NCBI GenBank assembly: GCA_947479085.1 | Contig: CANJYB010000022.1 | Location: 3,904-67,903, forward strand | Direction: 5' to 3' | Length of the DNA: 64,000 nt | From: Bacteroidota bacterium | GTDB taxonomy: Bacteria > Bacteroidota > Bacteroidia > 2-12-FULL-35-15 | Shown: positions 7,826 to 18,273 of the stretch, one piece after another | How positions within the stretch are numbered: the stretch's first letter is position 1 | Layout of the letters: each line of letters starts with the position of its first letter | Made by a program: the position numbers and the translations under genes | The notes under the pieces: generated by a model | What the model saw: the letters and a program-made list of their open reading frames with translations, nothing else | The model's database searches: none | Told to the model about the DNA's origin: nothing

Positions 7826-8949
7826 GAAGTACAGTAAAACCGTTATTAAAATACAAAGGAATAATTGAATTAGTGATTTCATTTATTCTTGCCTTCAGTA
7901 TCATAGTAGCTTATTTTCACGAAACTACCAATTTCGAAAATCTTGCATTGGGAGTTTATACACGTGCCTATTACGGTAAGATTAATAATGTACCGATGCA
8001 TTCCATGGGACTGAGAAAAAAGGAAGAGATACTAAAGGGAAACAAAGAAAGAGGAGCTAAAGATGTTGTTTTATTAATAGGCAATTCGCAAACCCATTCC
8101 ATTAATCAATACAAAGAAGGAGATGTTACTTTTCCTGAATTACTTGCCGATTCATTAGACAAAAAATCAATTGATATTATTGCCAGCAGCGTTCCAAATG
8201 CTACCATGGAGGATTTTTATTTACTCTATCAATCCTGGAAAAAGGATGTGAATATTAAAATGGTGGTATTCCCTATTTTTCTTGATGATACCAGGGAAGA
8301 AGGAATTCAGCAGGGGTTTTACAATGATATTAAATCTTTCCGCATAGCAGATTCGAACGCGATAGCGAAAAAAATAAACGGAGAGCTAGAGAAAATGGAA
8401 AAAGTAACCGGAACAAATGATTTAGCAGCCCTGAATCAAACCTTCCAGGAAATTACAGAATCGAAACTGGACAATTATTTGAATACCCACTTTAACCCCT
8501 GGTTTTACCGTCCAAACATCAGGGGAGAATTTTTCAGCAATCTTTATAAATTAAGAAATACAGTATTGGGCATTGATGCAAAAACAAAAAGAGGAATTAT
8601 TAAAGATATTTATGAAGAAAATATTAAGGCGTTGAAAATGCTGTTGGATGATTGCAGAAAAAGTAATATAAAAGTTTTGGTTTACATTCCACCATTGAGA
8701 AATGATTACGAAATCCCCTATTACCGTAATGAATACATCACTTTTAAAAAGCAAATGGGAGAAATAACCAAAGAATACAATGCCGGCTTTATTAATATCG
8801 AAAACTGCGTACCAAATAAATACTGGGGATTTAAAGGAACCCGCACTTTTAAAGGGCTGTTGGACATCGACTTTATGCACTTTCAATATCCCGGACATAT
8901 TATTATGGCGGATACGCTTCAGACCGAAATAGAAAAAATGATTAAATAA
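7822..8949 (+). CDS. Membrane-anchored SGNH-like O-acyltransferase partner (AlgJ/AlgX/DltD-like)
   Basis: N-terminal TM; IGNS nucleophile motif and C-terminal DxxH (DFMH); directly upstream of MBOAT gene. Confidence 0.65.
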   Translation: MRSTVKPLLKYKGIIELVISFILAFSIIVAYFHETTNFENLALGVYTRAYYGKINNVPMHSMGLRKKEEILKGNKERGAKDVVLLIGNSQTHSINQYKEGDVTFPELLADSLDKKSIDIIASSVPNATMEDFYLLYQSWKKDVNIKMVVFPIFLDDTREEGIQQGFYNDIKSFRIADSNAIAKKINGELEKMEKVTGTNDLAALNQTFQEITESKLDNYLNTHFNPWFYRPNIRGEFFSNLYKLRNTVLGIDAKTKRGIIKDIYEENIKALKMLLDDCRKSNIKVLVYIPPLRNDYEIPYYRNEYITFKKQMGEITKEYNAGFINIENCVPNKYWGFKGTRTFKGLLDIDFMHFQYPGHIIMADTLQTEIEKMIK

Positions 8950-8954
8950 ACTGT

Positions 8955-10421
8955 ATGATTTTTAATTCTGTTACATACCTTATTTTTCTTACGCTTGCTG
9001 TCATTTTGTATTGGCTATTGCCATTGCGTGCCGGACGCGCCATGTTATTTGGAGGAAGTTTATTATTCTATGGTTTCTGGAGGTTCGAGTTTTTGCCCTT
9101 GCTATTGATAGCAGCCATTGTGGATTATTGGTGTTCCATTGAAATTGAAAAAAGAGAAGAACCGAAATCACGTTTACGTTTTCTTATATTCAGTTTAACC
9201 ATTAATCTTGGAATTCTCTTTTACTTCAAATACTTAATCTTTTTCACCGATAACGTGGTATGGGCATTAAATGTTTTTGGTTGCAATATTGCAATACCTC
9301 ATTTGGATATATTACTTCCATTAGGAATCAGTTTTTATACTTTCGAAACAATAAGTTATACAGTCGATGTATATCGTAAACACATAAAGGCGGAACGTAA
9401 TTTTTTAACCTATGCTACGTTCCTTGTATACTTTCCGCATTTGATTGCCGGACCTGTTCTGCGGGCTTCAGAAATATTGCCCCAGTTAAAAACTAAAAAA
9501 CCGTTTGAAAATGAATTCATAATTACAGGTATGAAACGATTACTTCAGGGCCTTTTTTTGAAAGTGGTGCTTGCAGACAATATTGCTCCTTTGGTTAATG
9601 AAGGTTTCGCTTTAAATGCCGGGTCATTAAGTGCTATTGATGTTCTGACATTGGCATTTATGTTCGGTATGCAGATTTATTTTGATTTCAGCGCCTATTC
9701 TCATATTGCTATAGGAAGTGCAAAAATGATGGGCATTAATTTTCCGGAAAATTTCAATTTCCCTTACGCAGCAGCTTCTTTCAGGGAGTTCTGGAAAAGA
9801 TGGCATATCTCCTTATCCAGTTGGATAAGAGATTATTTGTATTTGCCTATTATGAAAACGAAAGTGGTCAGCGATGGTTCTACCGGTATAGGAAACGTTT
9901 TGAATGATTCACAACCCAAACGAAATCGGAATGTTGCATTGTTTCTTACCTGGTCTATTATGGGATTGTGGCACGGAGCCAACTGGACATTTATCTTCTG
10001 GGGAGTATACCATGCAAGTTTTGTTTTTATTGAACGGATGATTAATAAGTTCAGAAAGAAAACTGCAACTAAAAATTGGTTCAAATTGTTTATGAGTTGG
10101 TCCATAGTAGTTCCTATTGCAATGCTAAGTTGGATTCCATTCAGAGCAACCAATATGACTATTGTCTGGGAAATGTATAGTAAACTCTTTTCGATGAAAG
10201 GATATACTTTTCTTGGAATGAAAGAAAACATCTACATCGTTTGTGCGCTTTTATTTGGTTTAACCACATTGATGTATGTTTATAAAACATTTATTAGTCA
10301 GAAGGTTCAAAAATCGGGCATCCTTTCTTCCATTATTAATATTAGTGCTTATACTGTAATGATAATATTAGTTTTCTGCTTTTTACGTCCTATCAGTCAG
10401 TTCATCTATTTCCAATTCTAA
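8955..10421 (+). CDS. MBOAT family O-acyltransferase (AlgI/DltB-like)
   Basis: LPLGISFYTF, QIYFDFSAYS, ENFNFPY, FWKRWHISLSSWIRDYLY, GLWHGA. Confidence 0.92.
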   Translation: MIFNSVTYLIFLTLAVILYWLLPLRAGRAMLFGGSLLFYGFWRFEFLPLLLIAAIVDYWCSIEIEKREEPKSRLRFLIFSLTINLGILFYFKYLIFFTDNVVWALNVFGCNIAIPHLDILLPLGISFYTFETISYTVDVYRKHIKAERNFLTYATFLVYFPHLIAGPVLRASEILPQLKTKKPFENEFIITGMKRLLQGLFLKVVLADNIAPLVNEGFALNAGSLSAIDVLTLAFMFGMQIYFDFSAYSHIAIGSAKMMGINFPENFNFPYAAASFREFWKRWHISLSSWIRDYLYLPIMKTKVVSDGSTGIGNVLNDSQPKRNRNVALFLTWSIMGLWHGANWTFIFWGVYHASFVFIERMINKFRKKTATKNWFKLFMSWSIVVPIAMLSWIPFRATNMTIVWEMYSKLFSMKGYTFLGMKENIYIVCALLFGLTTLMYVYKTFISQKVQKSGILSSIINISAYTVMIILVFCFLRPISQFIYFQF

Positions 10422-10425
10422 ATCA

Positions 10426-13020
10426 ATGTTAATAACACCTCCTAACAATATTGCGAAGGCTGATAAAGGAAAAAAGAAAAGAAACAAAAAGAAATACCTG
10501 TTTATTTTTTCTCTTCTTCTGATAACAGGTTTTATTGTTGGAAATCATTTCGCTTCTAAAACTTTACAAACTAAGGGCTATAGTAGTTTATGGGATTTTG
10601 TAAAAACTGTTTCATCTAACTATTGGAACGGACTAGATGCCAAGCCTGAAAAAGTATCTATTGAAATCAAGGAAAAGGATTATAAATTTCTGGAAAGAAA
10701 CAGGGAAAGAGCATTAGAAAGAAATGTTATAATTAATAACATTGACGGTGATTATGTTCCCGCTACATTTGAATATCAAGGCAAAAAATTAAAAATAAAG
10801 TTGAGGCTTAAAGGTCACATGACCGACCATTTGCAGGAAAACAAATGGTCGTTCCGGATAAAAGTGAAAGACAAAGGTTCGTTTATGGGAATGAAACGCT
10901 TCTCCATTCAACATCCCGGCACTCGAGGTTATTTGTATGAATGGATATACCATGAATTAATGAAAAGAGAAGGCATTATGGCTTTACGGTATAAATTTAT
11001 TAATGTAACAGTAAACGGACGCGATTGGGGAATATATGCTGTTGAAGAAAATTTCGATAAAGAATTAATTGAAAATAATAACCGGATATTGGCGCCTATT
11101 ATTCGTTTCAATCCTGATATGTATTGGATAAACAGGTATAATGTTATGAAAGCGCAGGCCTCAGCAGACGAATTTGCAACTTACTATTCAGCTAATCCTG
11201 AAGCATACAATGAAGATGCAGTTCTTGCAGATTCAATTCAACGAATTTACTTTTTAAAAGCAATGGCATTGGTAGAAGGATTCAGAAGCAAAGCACTCTC
11301 TGCTGACAAGGTGTTTGACATTGAAAAACTAGCAAAATTTCATTCCATTATTGATTTGGTTGGCGGTGAACATAGCATTGACTGGAGTGATATCAAATAT
11401 TACTACAATCCTGTTTCAGCAAAGTTAGAGCCTGTTGCCTATGAAAGCTTTACTTTTCTTGCATCAAGAGACATAACAGGAAGCTATAAGTATGTTCAAT
11501 TAGATAGTGAAAAGGATAATTATGAAGATTGGCATACTGCAATTTACAGCAACCCGGAATTTTTTAAAACCTATGTAAAAAATCTGGAAAGAATTTCTAA
11601 GTCAAGTTACCTCGACAACTTTTTCACATCTGTAAATTCAACTTTGAGTACTAATCTTAAAATTCTGAATAAAGAATTTCCTTATAAGAAATTTGACAAA
11701 AAGGGGTATTATAAAAATCAACAAATGATTCAAAGAATATTGTCAACTCCAAAAGGAATACAAGCCTATTTTAATAAGGTTTCAGACAATATGGTTCAAT
11801 TGCAAATAGGCGAAATCGAAAGCCTTCCGATAGAAATCAAATCAATTTCTTTGTCAGGAATAAAAGCGCTACCCTCCTCTCCTATTATTTTACCCGCTAA
11901 GCAAAAAAATGAGTATTTAAATTATAAAAATTACGAATTCAAACTGCCGGACAATTTCAAATGGGATAATTCACTAATCAAAACCATGAAAATTAATTAT
12001 TCCATTTTAGGAGCATCAGCAAATTTAGAAACAAACATTTATTCCTATCCACACACGGAAGATGAATTTATATCAGAAGATTTAAAAAGAAAAGAATCTA
12101 CTATTCATAACTTTTCTTTTTTAACGATAGACGAAAAAAATAAAAGCATTTTTATAAACAAAGGAAAACAAGTAATTAATTCTGATCTGATTATCCCCAG
12201 GGGATATAAGGTATTTGCCGATGCGGGAGTTCTGGTTGACCTAAAAAACAAGGCAAAAATAATCTCTTATTCAGGTCTAATGTTCTCAGGAAATGAGGAG
12301 GATCAAATCATAATCGAATCAAGTGATTCAACATCTGAGGGTATTGAAATTATTAATGCTTCCAGTTCAAAATTAAATTATGTAACATTTAAAAACTTCC
12401 CGAAAGTAAATGATGAGCAATGGCATAGATCCGGAGCAATAACCTTTTACGAATCTGCAGTTGAATTCAATAATTGCAGTTTCTATAATTGTAAAGCAGA
12501 AGATGAGGTAAATTTAATTCGTTCACATTTTTCGTTTAATGAATGTCTTTTCCAGAAAATGCATGATGATGCTATTGATGCAGATTATTCAGAAGGGAAA
12601 ATAAGCAATTCGGTATTTGAAAATTGTTTGGAAAATGCTTTGGACATTTCAACTTCCAAAGTACATGTAAATTCAATTTACATAAATGGATCTAATAATA
12701 AAGCTATTAATGTTAAGGCTGGCGGCCAATTAACAGGTACTGAAGTCAGAATAAAAAATTGCAACATTGCAATTTCTGCTGAAGATTTATCAAATATTAA
12801 TTTCCAAGCCTTAACGATTAGTGATTCTAAGGTTGGCGTTATTGCTTACAAAAATAAATCCGGAGGGGGACATCCAACTATTAATATTAAGAGAATTAGT
12901 CTATTGAACGTGAAGAAAAATTATTTAAAAGAACAAAAATCAACTATTACAATAAATGATAAAGAAATTGAAGAAGAAGTAAATGACGTAGAAAACATTA
13001 TTAAAAGTGATGGGAAGTAA
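10426..13020 (+). CDS. Divergent CotH-like kinase fused to C-terminal right-handed beta-helix
   Basis: N-terminal TM; RLKG...KWSFRIK, NGRDWGIYAVEE, HSIDWSDIKYYYNP...LEPVAYE; C-terminal DAIDAD/NALDIS/KAINVK parallel beta-helix repeats. Confidence 0.7.
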   Translation: MLITPPNNIAKADKGKKKRNKKKYLFIFSLLLITGFIVGNHFASKTLQTKGYSSLWDFVKTVSSNYWNGLDAKPEKVSIEIKEKDYKFLERNRERALERNVIINNIDGDYVPATFEYQGKKLKIKLRLKGHMTDHLQENKWSFRIKVKDKGSFMGMKRFSIQHPGTRGYLYEWIYHELMKREGIMALRYKFINVTVNGRDWGIYAVEENFDKELIENNNRILAPIIRFNPDMYWINRYNVMKAQASADEFATYYSANPEAYNEDAVLADSIQRIYFLKAMALVEGFRSKALSADKVFDIEKLAKFHSIIDLVGGEHSIDWSDIKYYYNPVSAKLEPVAYESFTFLASRDITGSYKYVQLDSEKDNYEDWHTAIYSNPEFFKTYVKNLERISKSSYLDNFFTSVNSTLSTNLKILNKEFPYKKFDKKGYYKNQQMIQRILSTPKGIQAYFNKVSDNMVQLQIGEIESLPIEIKSISLSGIKALPSSPIILPAKQKNEYLNYKNYEFKLPDNFKWDNSLIKTMKINYSILGASANLETNIYSYPHTEDEFISEDLKRKESTIHNFSFLTIDEKNKSIFINKGKQVINSDLIIPRGYKVFADAGVLVDLKNKAKIISYSGLMFSGNEEDQIIIESSDSTSEGIEIINASSSKLNYVTFKNFPKVNDEQWHRSGAITFYESAVEFNNCSFYNCKAEDEVNLIRSHFSFNECLFQKMHDDAIDADYSEGKISNSVFENCLENALDISTSKVHVNSIYINGSNNKAINVKAGGQLTGTEVRIKNCNIAISAEDLSNINFQALTISDSKVGVIAYKNKSGGGHPTINIKRISLLNVKKNYLKEQKSTITINDKEIEEEVNDVENIIKSDGK

Positions 13021-14071
13021 AACAAATAAATCAATTTTAATATTAAGCGGACTAACGTTGCTGTTGAATGTTTTAACAGCGCAGATTATTTCCCCCTTTA
13101 ATAATCTTCCTGTTTACGATTCTTCCAAAAACTACTCTTTTATTGTTAGTGGTCATTTTCATGGAGCGTCAACCAACTCATCCACCTTTCCAGCTTCAAG
13201 CCTCCTGGCGAATATAGATTCCTTAAATTCATTAAAGCCGGTCTTTTTAATGAGTCTGGGGGATATGTTTTTAGATGTTAATGATACCTATATAAACCAT
13301 TACAAATATTGTTTATTTGACAAATTAAAAATGCCTTTATTTAATTCGGTTGGCAATCATGATTTAGCAGGTAATGTTTACGAAAAAAAATTTGGAAAAA
13401 CATATTTTTCTTTTGTACATAATTCGGAACTATTCATTGTTCTTAATACCGAAATGAATGATGGCAGTATAAAAGATGAGCAATTGAAATTATTTACATT
13501 TTCAATTGACACTGCTTTGAAAAGCGAAATAAAAAATGTTTTCATTTTTACTCATCGTCCGATATGGGCAGAAAGAATAGAAAAATACAGTAAACTTTTC
13601 AGTGATAATACACGAACAGCTTTAGGAAATAATAACTTTATTGAGGACATTGAACCTCTTTTGAAAAAGGTTTCAAAAAATAAAAATGTATATTGGCTAT
13701 CAGGTTCTATGGGTGGAATGGCCCCAGCCTCTTTTTTCTTTGATAAAGACGAGAAAACAAATGTAACATTTATGCAAACTTCTATTCGTGATTTGCCAAG
13801 AGATGCTATACTCCAGGTAAACATTAATAACGGAATTGCTACCTTAAAAGGCATTTCAATAACAGGACAAAAATTAACACCCGTTGAAGATTACAATTTA
13901 GTCTACTGGAATAAAAATATGGCACCAGAACAGGCCTTTAATTTCAGATTGGTTCCATATTTAGCTAAACAAATGTTACTTCATCATTTCTTTTGGTTCG
14001 GGTTTTTCTTCTTTCTTTTAATAACTCTTACAATTACATTCATTAAAAAACGATGGAAAAGAAAAAAATAG
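13010..14071 (+). CDS. Calcineurin-like metallophosphoesterase, exported, with C-terminal TM anchor
   Basis: GHFHG, LGD, GNHD, THRP motifs; signal-like N-terminus; hydrophobic C-terminus followed by KKRWKRKK. Confidence 0.75.
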   Translation: MGSKTNKSILILSGLTLLLNVLTAQIISPFNNLPVYDSSKNYSFIVSGHFHGASTNSSTFPASSLLANIDSLNSLKPVFLMSLGDMFLDVNDTYINHYKYCLFDKLKMPLFNSVGNHDLAGNVYEKKFGKTYFSFVHNSELFIVLNTEMNDGSIKDEQLKLFTFSIDTALKSEIKNVFIFTHRPIWAERIEKYSKLFSDNTRTALGNNNFIEDIEPLLKKVSKNKNVYWLSGSMGGMAPASFFFDKDEKTNVTFMQTSIRDLPRDAILQVNINNGIATLKGISITGQKLTPVEDYNLVYWNKNMAPEQAFNFRLVPYLAKQMLLHHFFWFGFFFFLLITLTITFIKKRWKRKK

Positions 14072-15138
14072 TTTTTCTTTATTCTGAACTTGCAACTTAC
14101 TTTCTGGCCTGCATAAAACAGCTCCTATTGCATCCTGAAGTTGAGGTTCACATTGTACGTTGGGAAGTTAATAAGGAAGCTCCTTTTCAATTTTCATTCT
14201 CAGAAAACCTGAAGACATACGAACGAAAAGATTATTCTTCTTCTCAATTACTTGGATTGGTAGGTATTATTGACCCTGACATTATCTATTCCAGCGGATG
14301 GATGGATAAAGACTATTTAAAAATCTGCAAAAAATATAAAAACAAAATTCCTGTAATTGTTGGTTTTGATAACCAATGGAAAGGTTCCTTAAAACAGAAA
14401 ATAGCTACAATTGTCAGTCCATTTAAAATATTAAATCACTTCTCTTATTGTTGGGTGCCCGGAGAATTACAATATAAATATGCTTTAAAGCTAGGTTTTA
14501 AAACATCTAAAATATTAACCGGATTTTATTGTTGTGATTTTGATTTTTTTTATAACCAATATCTTGCAAATAAAGATCTGAAACAAAAACAATTTCCTCA
14601 CCGTTTTATCTATGTAGGACGATATGTAGAGCATAAGGGAATAATGGATTTATGGACTGCTTTTATCGAATTGCAAAAAGAGAATCCAAACGATTGGGAA
14701 CTTTGGTGTATTGGTACAGGTGATGTTCAGCCGGTTATTCATGATAAAATTAAACATTTTGGGTTTGTACAACCCAATGATTTACATTTGTATATAGAAA
14801 AAACGGGAGTTTTTGTATTACCAAGCCATTTTGAACCATGGGGTGTGGTTGTTCATGAGTTTACATCTGCAGGTTTTCCAATAATTTGCTCTGATGAAGT
14901 AGGTGCAAGAACTACATTTGTAGAAAATGATTTGAATGGTTATGTTTACGAATCAGGAGATATTAAATTACTAAAAGATGCCATGATAAAAACAATGAGT
15001 CATTCCGATTCGGAACTTATATTAATGTCTGAAAAGAGTATCGAGAAAGCGAGGCAACTTACTCCTGAAAAATGGGCTGCAACACTTTTAAAAGTTTGTG
15101 GTTCGGCAATTACTAATGATATTACAAGTCAAAAATAA
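14053..15138 (+). CDS. Glycosyltransferase family 4 (GT-B)
   Basis: YVGRYVEHKG and LPSHFEPWGVVVHE (ExxxxxxxE). Confidence 0.9.
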   Translation: MEKKKIVFLYSELATYFLACIKQLLLHPEVEVHIVRWEVNKEAPFQFSFSENLKTYERKDYSSSQLLGLVGIIDPDIIYSSGWMDKDYLKICKKYKNKIPVIVGFDNQWKGSLKQKIATIVSPFKILNHFSYCWVPGELQYKYALKLGFKTSKILTGFYCCDFDFFYNQYLANKDLKQKQFPHRFIYVGRYVEHKGIMDLWTAFIELQKENPNDWELWCIGTGDVQPVIHDKIKHFGFVQPNDLHLYIEKTGVFVLPSHFEPWGVVVHEFTSAGFPIICSDEVGARTTFVENDLNGYVYESGDIKLLKDAMIKTMSHSDSELILMSEKSIEKARQLTPEKWAATLLKVCGSAITNDITSQK

Positions 15139-17033
15139 TGTGTGGAATTAACGGAATACTTGGTTTATCTGATAAAAAAAATGCAGAACAAAAGGTTATT
15201 GCAATGAATACTGCAATGAAACATCGTGGACCTGATGATCAGGGCTTTTTTATTGACAAAAAAATAGCATTGGGACACAGGCGACTTTCCATTATTGATT
15301 TATCAGCAGCAGGACATCAGCCAATGCATTCTTTTGATGGTCGTTATCTAATTGTTTACAATGGTGAATTATACAATTTCAGGGAATTAAAATTTGAATT
15401 ACAACGCGTTGTTTCTGGTTCAAAAGAACAAGCCTATCTATTTCAAACAAATACAGATACAGAAGTAATTCTTGCTTCCTATATCCGTTGGGGAGCAGAA
15501 TGCCTGAATCGATTTAATGGAATGTTTGCCTTTGCAATATGGGACAGTCATACTAAAGAGCTTTTTATTGCCAGGGACAGACTTGGAATAAAACCCCTAT
15601 ATTATTATTTTACTGAGGGTATTTTAGCATTTTCTTCTGAAATCAGATCGTTACTTGCAAGTGACTTAATTAAAAGAAAATTAGATGAAACCAGTTTGAT
15701 TGATTACTTGCGATATCAAACCGTACATGCCCCGAACACCATGGTTAAGGGAGTAAAAATGTTAATGCCCGGCCATTATATGAAAGGATCTTTCAATAAG
15801 GTTACAATACATAGCTATTGGAATATAAGCGAAACAATTAGCGATGAATCAAAAGGAAAGTCATATAAAGAAGTATGTAGTGATGTAAATACTCTATTAA
15901 CAAAATCAGTAGAAAGAAGATTAATAGCCGATGTCCCTTTCGGTGCATTTCTTTCAGGAGGAATTGACTCTAGTGCAATAGTTGGATTAATGAGCAAAGT
16001 ATCTACAGAAAAGATAAAAACCTTTTCTGTTACGTTTGATGAAAGTGAATTTTCGGAAGCAAAATATGCTCAGTTAATTGCAAAAAAATTCAACACAGAC
16101 CATCATGAAATAAAACTCAAACCTGCTGATTTCATTGAACAACTTCCTAATGCTTTAAAAGCTATGGACCACCCAAGCGGTGATGGACCAAATACATATA
16201 TTGTTTCGAAAGCTACCAAAGAAGCAGGTATAACTATGGCCCTTTCCGGGTTGGGTGGAGACGAACTATTTGCGGGGTATGATGTATTTAAACGCTCTTT
16301 AGACTTAAATAAAAAAAATTGGCTTAATCTTTTTCCTTCATTCGCCCGAGGAATTGGAGGAGATATTTTAACTACACTAAAACCCGGAGTTGCGTCTGAA
16401 AAAATATCGGAATTATTAAAACAAAACAAAGTTAATTTTAACTCTTTCTATCCTTTATCCAGGCAAGTCTTGATGGATAATCAAATATTAGAAATAGTAA
16501 ACCAAAAAGAGCTACCCATCAACAAAGTATTTGAAATTGTTAAGGAAACAAACACTTCGAATCTGCAATCAGAAATTTCAAAAGTTAGTATCGCTGAAAT
16601 TTCAACCTATATGCAAAATGTCCTATTAGGAGATGCTGATCAGATGAGTATGGCTCATGCGTTGGAAGTTCGGGTTCCTTTCATCGATTATACACTTGTT
16701 GAATATGTATTGGGTGTGCCTGACAAATTTAAAATTCCAACTTCTCCAAAAAAATTATTGGTGGATGCTCTTGGTGATTTGCTCCCTTCGGAAATTGTAA
16801 ATCGACCTAAAATGGGATTTACTTTCCCTTGGAAACAATGGATGAAGCAGGAATTAAAAAACTTTTGCGAAGAGAAAATTATATCCTTATCAAAACGTAA
16901 ACCTTTTAATGAAAAAGGCATGATTAAACTCTGGAATGATTTTCTTTCAGACAAGCCAAACATTACCTGGTCAAGAATATGGTATTTAGTTGTTCTTGAA
17001 AATTGGTTGCAGGAAAATGATATTACTGATTAA
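15138..17033 (+). CDS. asnB: Asparagine synthase (glutamine-hydrolysing)-like amidotransferase
   Basis: MCGI N-terminus, HRGPD, LGHRRLSIID, FLSGGIDSS, LEVRVPF, RPKMGF. Confidence 0.93.
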   Translation: MCGINGILGLSDKKNAEQKVIAMNTAMKHRGPDDQGFFIDKKIALGHRRLSIIDLSAAGHQPMHSFDGRYLIVYNGELYNFRELKFELQRVVSGSKEQAYLFQTNTDTEVILASYIRWGAECLNRFNGMFAFAIWDSHTKELFIARDRLGIKPLYYYFTEGILAFSSEIRSLLASDLIKRKLDETSLIDYLRYQTVHAPNTMVKGVKMLMPGHYMKGSFNKVTIHSYWNISETISDESKGKSYKEVCSDVNTLLTKSVERRLIADVPFGAFLSGGIDSSAIVGLMSKVSTEKIKTFSVTFDESEFSEAKYAQLIAKKFNTDHHEIKLKPADFIEQLPNALKAMDHPSGDGPNTYIVSKATKEAGITMALSGLGGDELFAGYDVFKRSLDLNKKNWLNLFPSFARGIGGDILTTLKPGVASEKISELLKQNKVNFNSFYPLSRQVLMDNQILEIVNQKELPINKVFEIVKETNTSNLQSEISKVSIAEISTYMQNVLLGDADQMSMAHALEVRVPFIDYTLVEYVLGVPDKFKIPTSPKKLLVDALGDLLPSEIVNRPKMGFTFPWKQWMKQELKNFCEEKIISLSKRKPFNEKGMIKLWNDFLSDKPNITWSRIWYLVVLENWLQENDITD

Positions 17034-18271
17034 TTATTCGTGCTTTTGTAAAAAAGTGTAGAACAATTTTGTTTTCTAAAAATAATATTTGCCTGTTGCC
17101 GAATTTCTTCCGCTGATACAGCTAAGTACTTTTCCGTTTCGTGGTTTATTATCTCTGCATCTCCCATAAGCTCTGATATTGCAAGGTTAGTTGCTTTACT
17201 TAAAACGTCTATCTCTCCAAATATATGAGTCGCCTCACTTTTATTTTTCACCTTAGTCAATTCTTTTTCACTTACTAATTCATTTTTAAATTTATCCAAC
17301 ACAAACTCAATTGACTCATTTGCCAGCATCAAATCAACCCCTTTAGTTAACTTACCTGAAATAACGAATAGCCCTTTATCCATATCCCCCATAACGAAAG
17401 CATGAATCTCACTGAATATCTTTTTTTCTTTAATAAGCTCATTATGCAACCTTGATGAATTGCCCTGAGATAAAATATCTGATAATAAATCTACCGAATA
17501 GTATTCTTTGTCAAAACGCGAACACATATGATACACTTTATAAATCGCATCAAGCGGCACATCACGTTCGACAGTTAAAGTTCTTGCCTCGGTTTGAAAT
17601 GGCTCCGCAGGTAGTTTTCGTTCTTCTTTCTTTCCTTTTGGAATAGGAGCAAACCACTTTTCAGTGAGTTGTTTTACATTTCCTAAATCAACATTTCCAG
17701 CTACCACCATAATAGCATTATCAGGGGTATAGAATTTTTTAAAGAAATTTTTCACATCATCCATTTTTGCATTTTCTATGTGCGAAATTTCTTTCCCAAT
17801 AGTATCCCACTTGTAAGGATGAACCTTATAAGCTAATGGTCTCAATAAAAGCCAAACATCGCCATAAGGTTGATTAAGATAACGTTGTTTAAATTCCTCA
17901 ATAACTACATTACGTTGAACCTCTAAACTTTTTTCAGAAAAAGCAAGATTCATCATTCTATCACTTTCCAACCAAAAACCAGTTTCCAGATTATCTGCAG
18001 GAAGCGTCAAATAGTAATTTGTAATATCATTGGTTGTAAATGCGTTATTCTCCCCTCCTACTCTTTGCAAAGGCTCATCAAAATTCGAAACATTGGCACT
18101 TCCTCCAAACATTAAGTGTTCGAAAAGATGAGCAAAACCCGTTTGTTCAGGATTTTCATCACGGGCTCCGACATCATATAATATATTAATACAAGCAATT
18201 GGAGTAGATTTATCCTGATGCACAATTACAGTTAATCCATTATCCAATTTAAATTTCTCAAATTTTATCAT
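17030..18271 (-). CDS. M16 family zinc metallopeptidase
   Basis: GFAHLFEHLMF (HxxEH), NAFTT, LESDRM. Confidence 0.92.
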   Translation of the reverse strand: MIKFEKFKLDNGLTVIVHQDKSTPIACINILYDVGARDENPEQTGFAHLFEHLMFGGSANVSNFDEPLQRVGGENNAFTTNDITNYYLTLPADNLETGFWLESDRMMNLAFSEKSLEVQRNVVIEEFKQRYLNQPYGDVWLLLRPLAYKVHPYKWDTIGKEISHIENAKMDDVKNFFKKFYTPDNAIMVVAGNVDLGNVKQLTEKWFAPIPKGKKEERKLPAEPFQTEARTLTVERDVPLDAIYKVYHMCSRFDKEYYSVDLLSDILSQGNSSRLHNELIKEKKIFSEIHAFVMGDMDKGLFVISGKLTKGVDLMLANESIEFVLDKFKNELVSEKELTKVKNKSEATHIFGEIDVLSKATNLAISELMGDAEIINHETEKYLAVSAEEIRQQANIIFRKQNCSTLFYKSTNN

Positions 18272-18273
18272 TT

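Noticed and set aside
4689-13020. CotH genes as evidence of sporulation
   Set aside because: Bacteroidota context, membrane anchors and glycan-locus setting; CotH kinases are widespread outside spore formers
15138-17033. asnB as housekeeping asparagine synthesis or a lasso-peptide cyclase
   Set aside because: Coupled to GT4 in a glycan operon; no precursor peptide or B-protein genes, so glycan amidation is more likely
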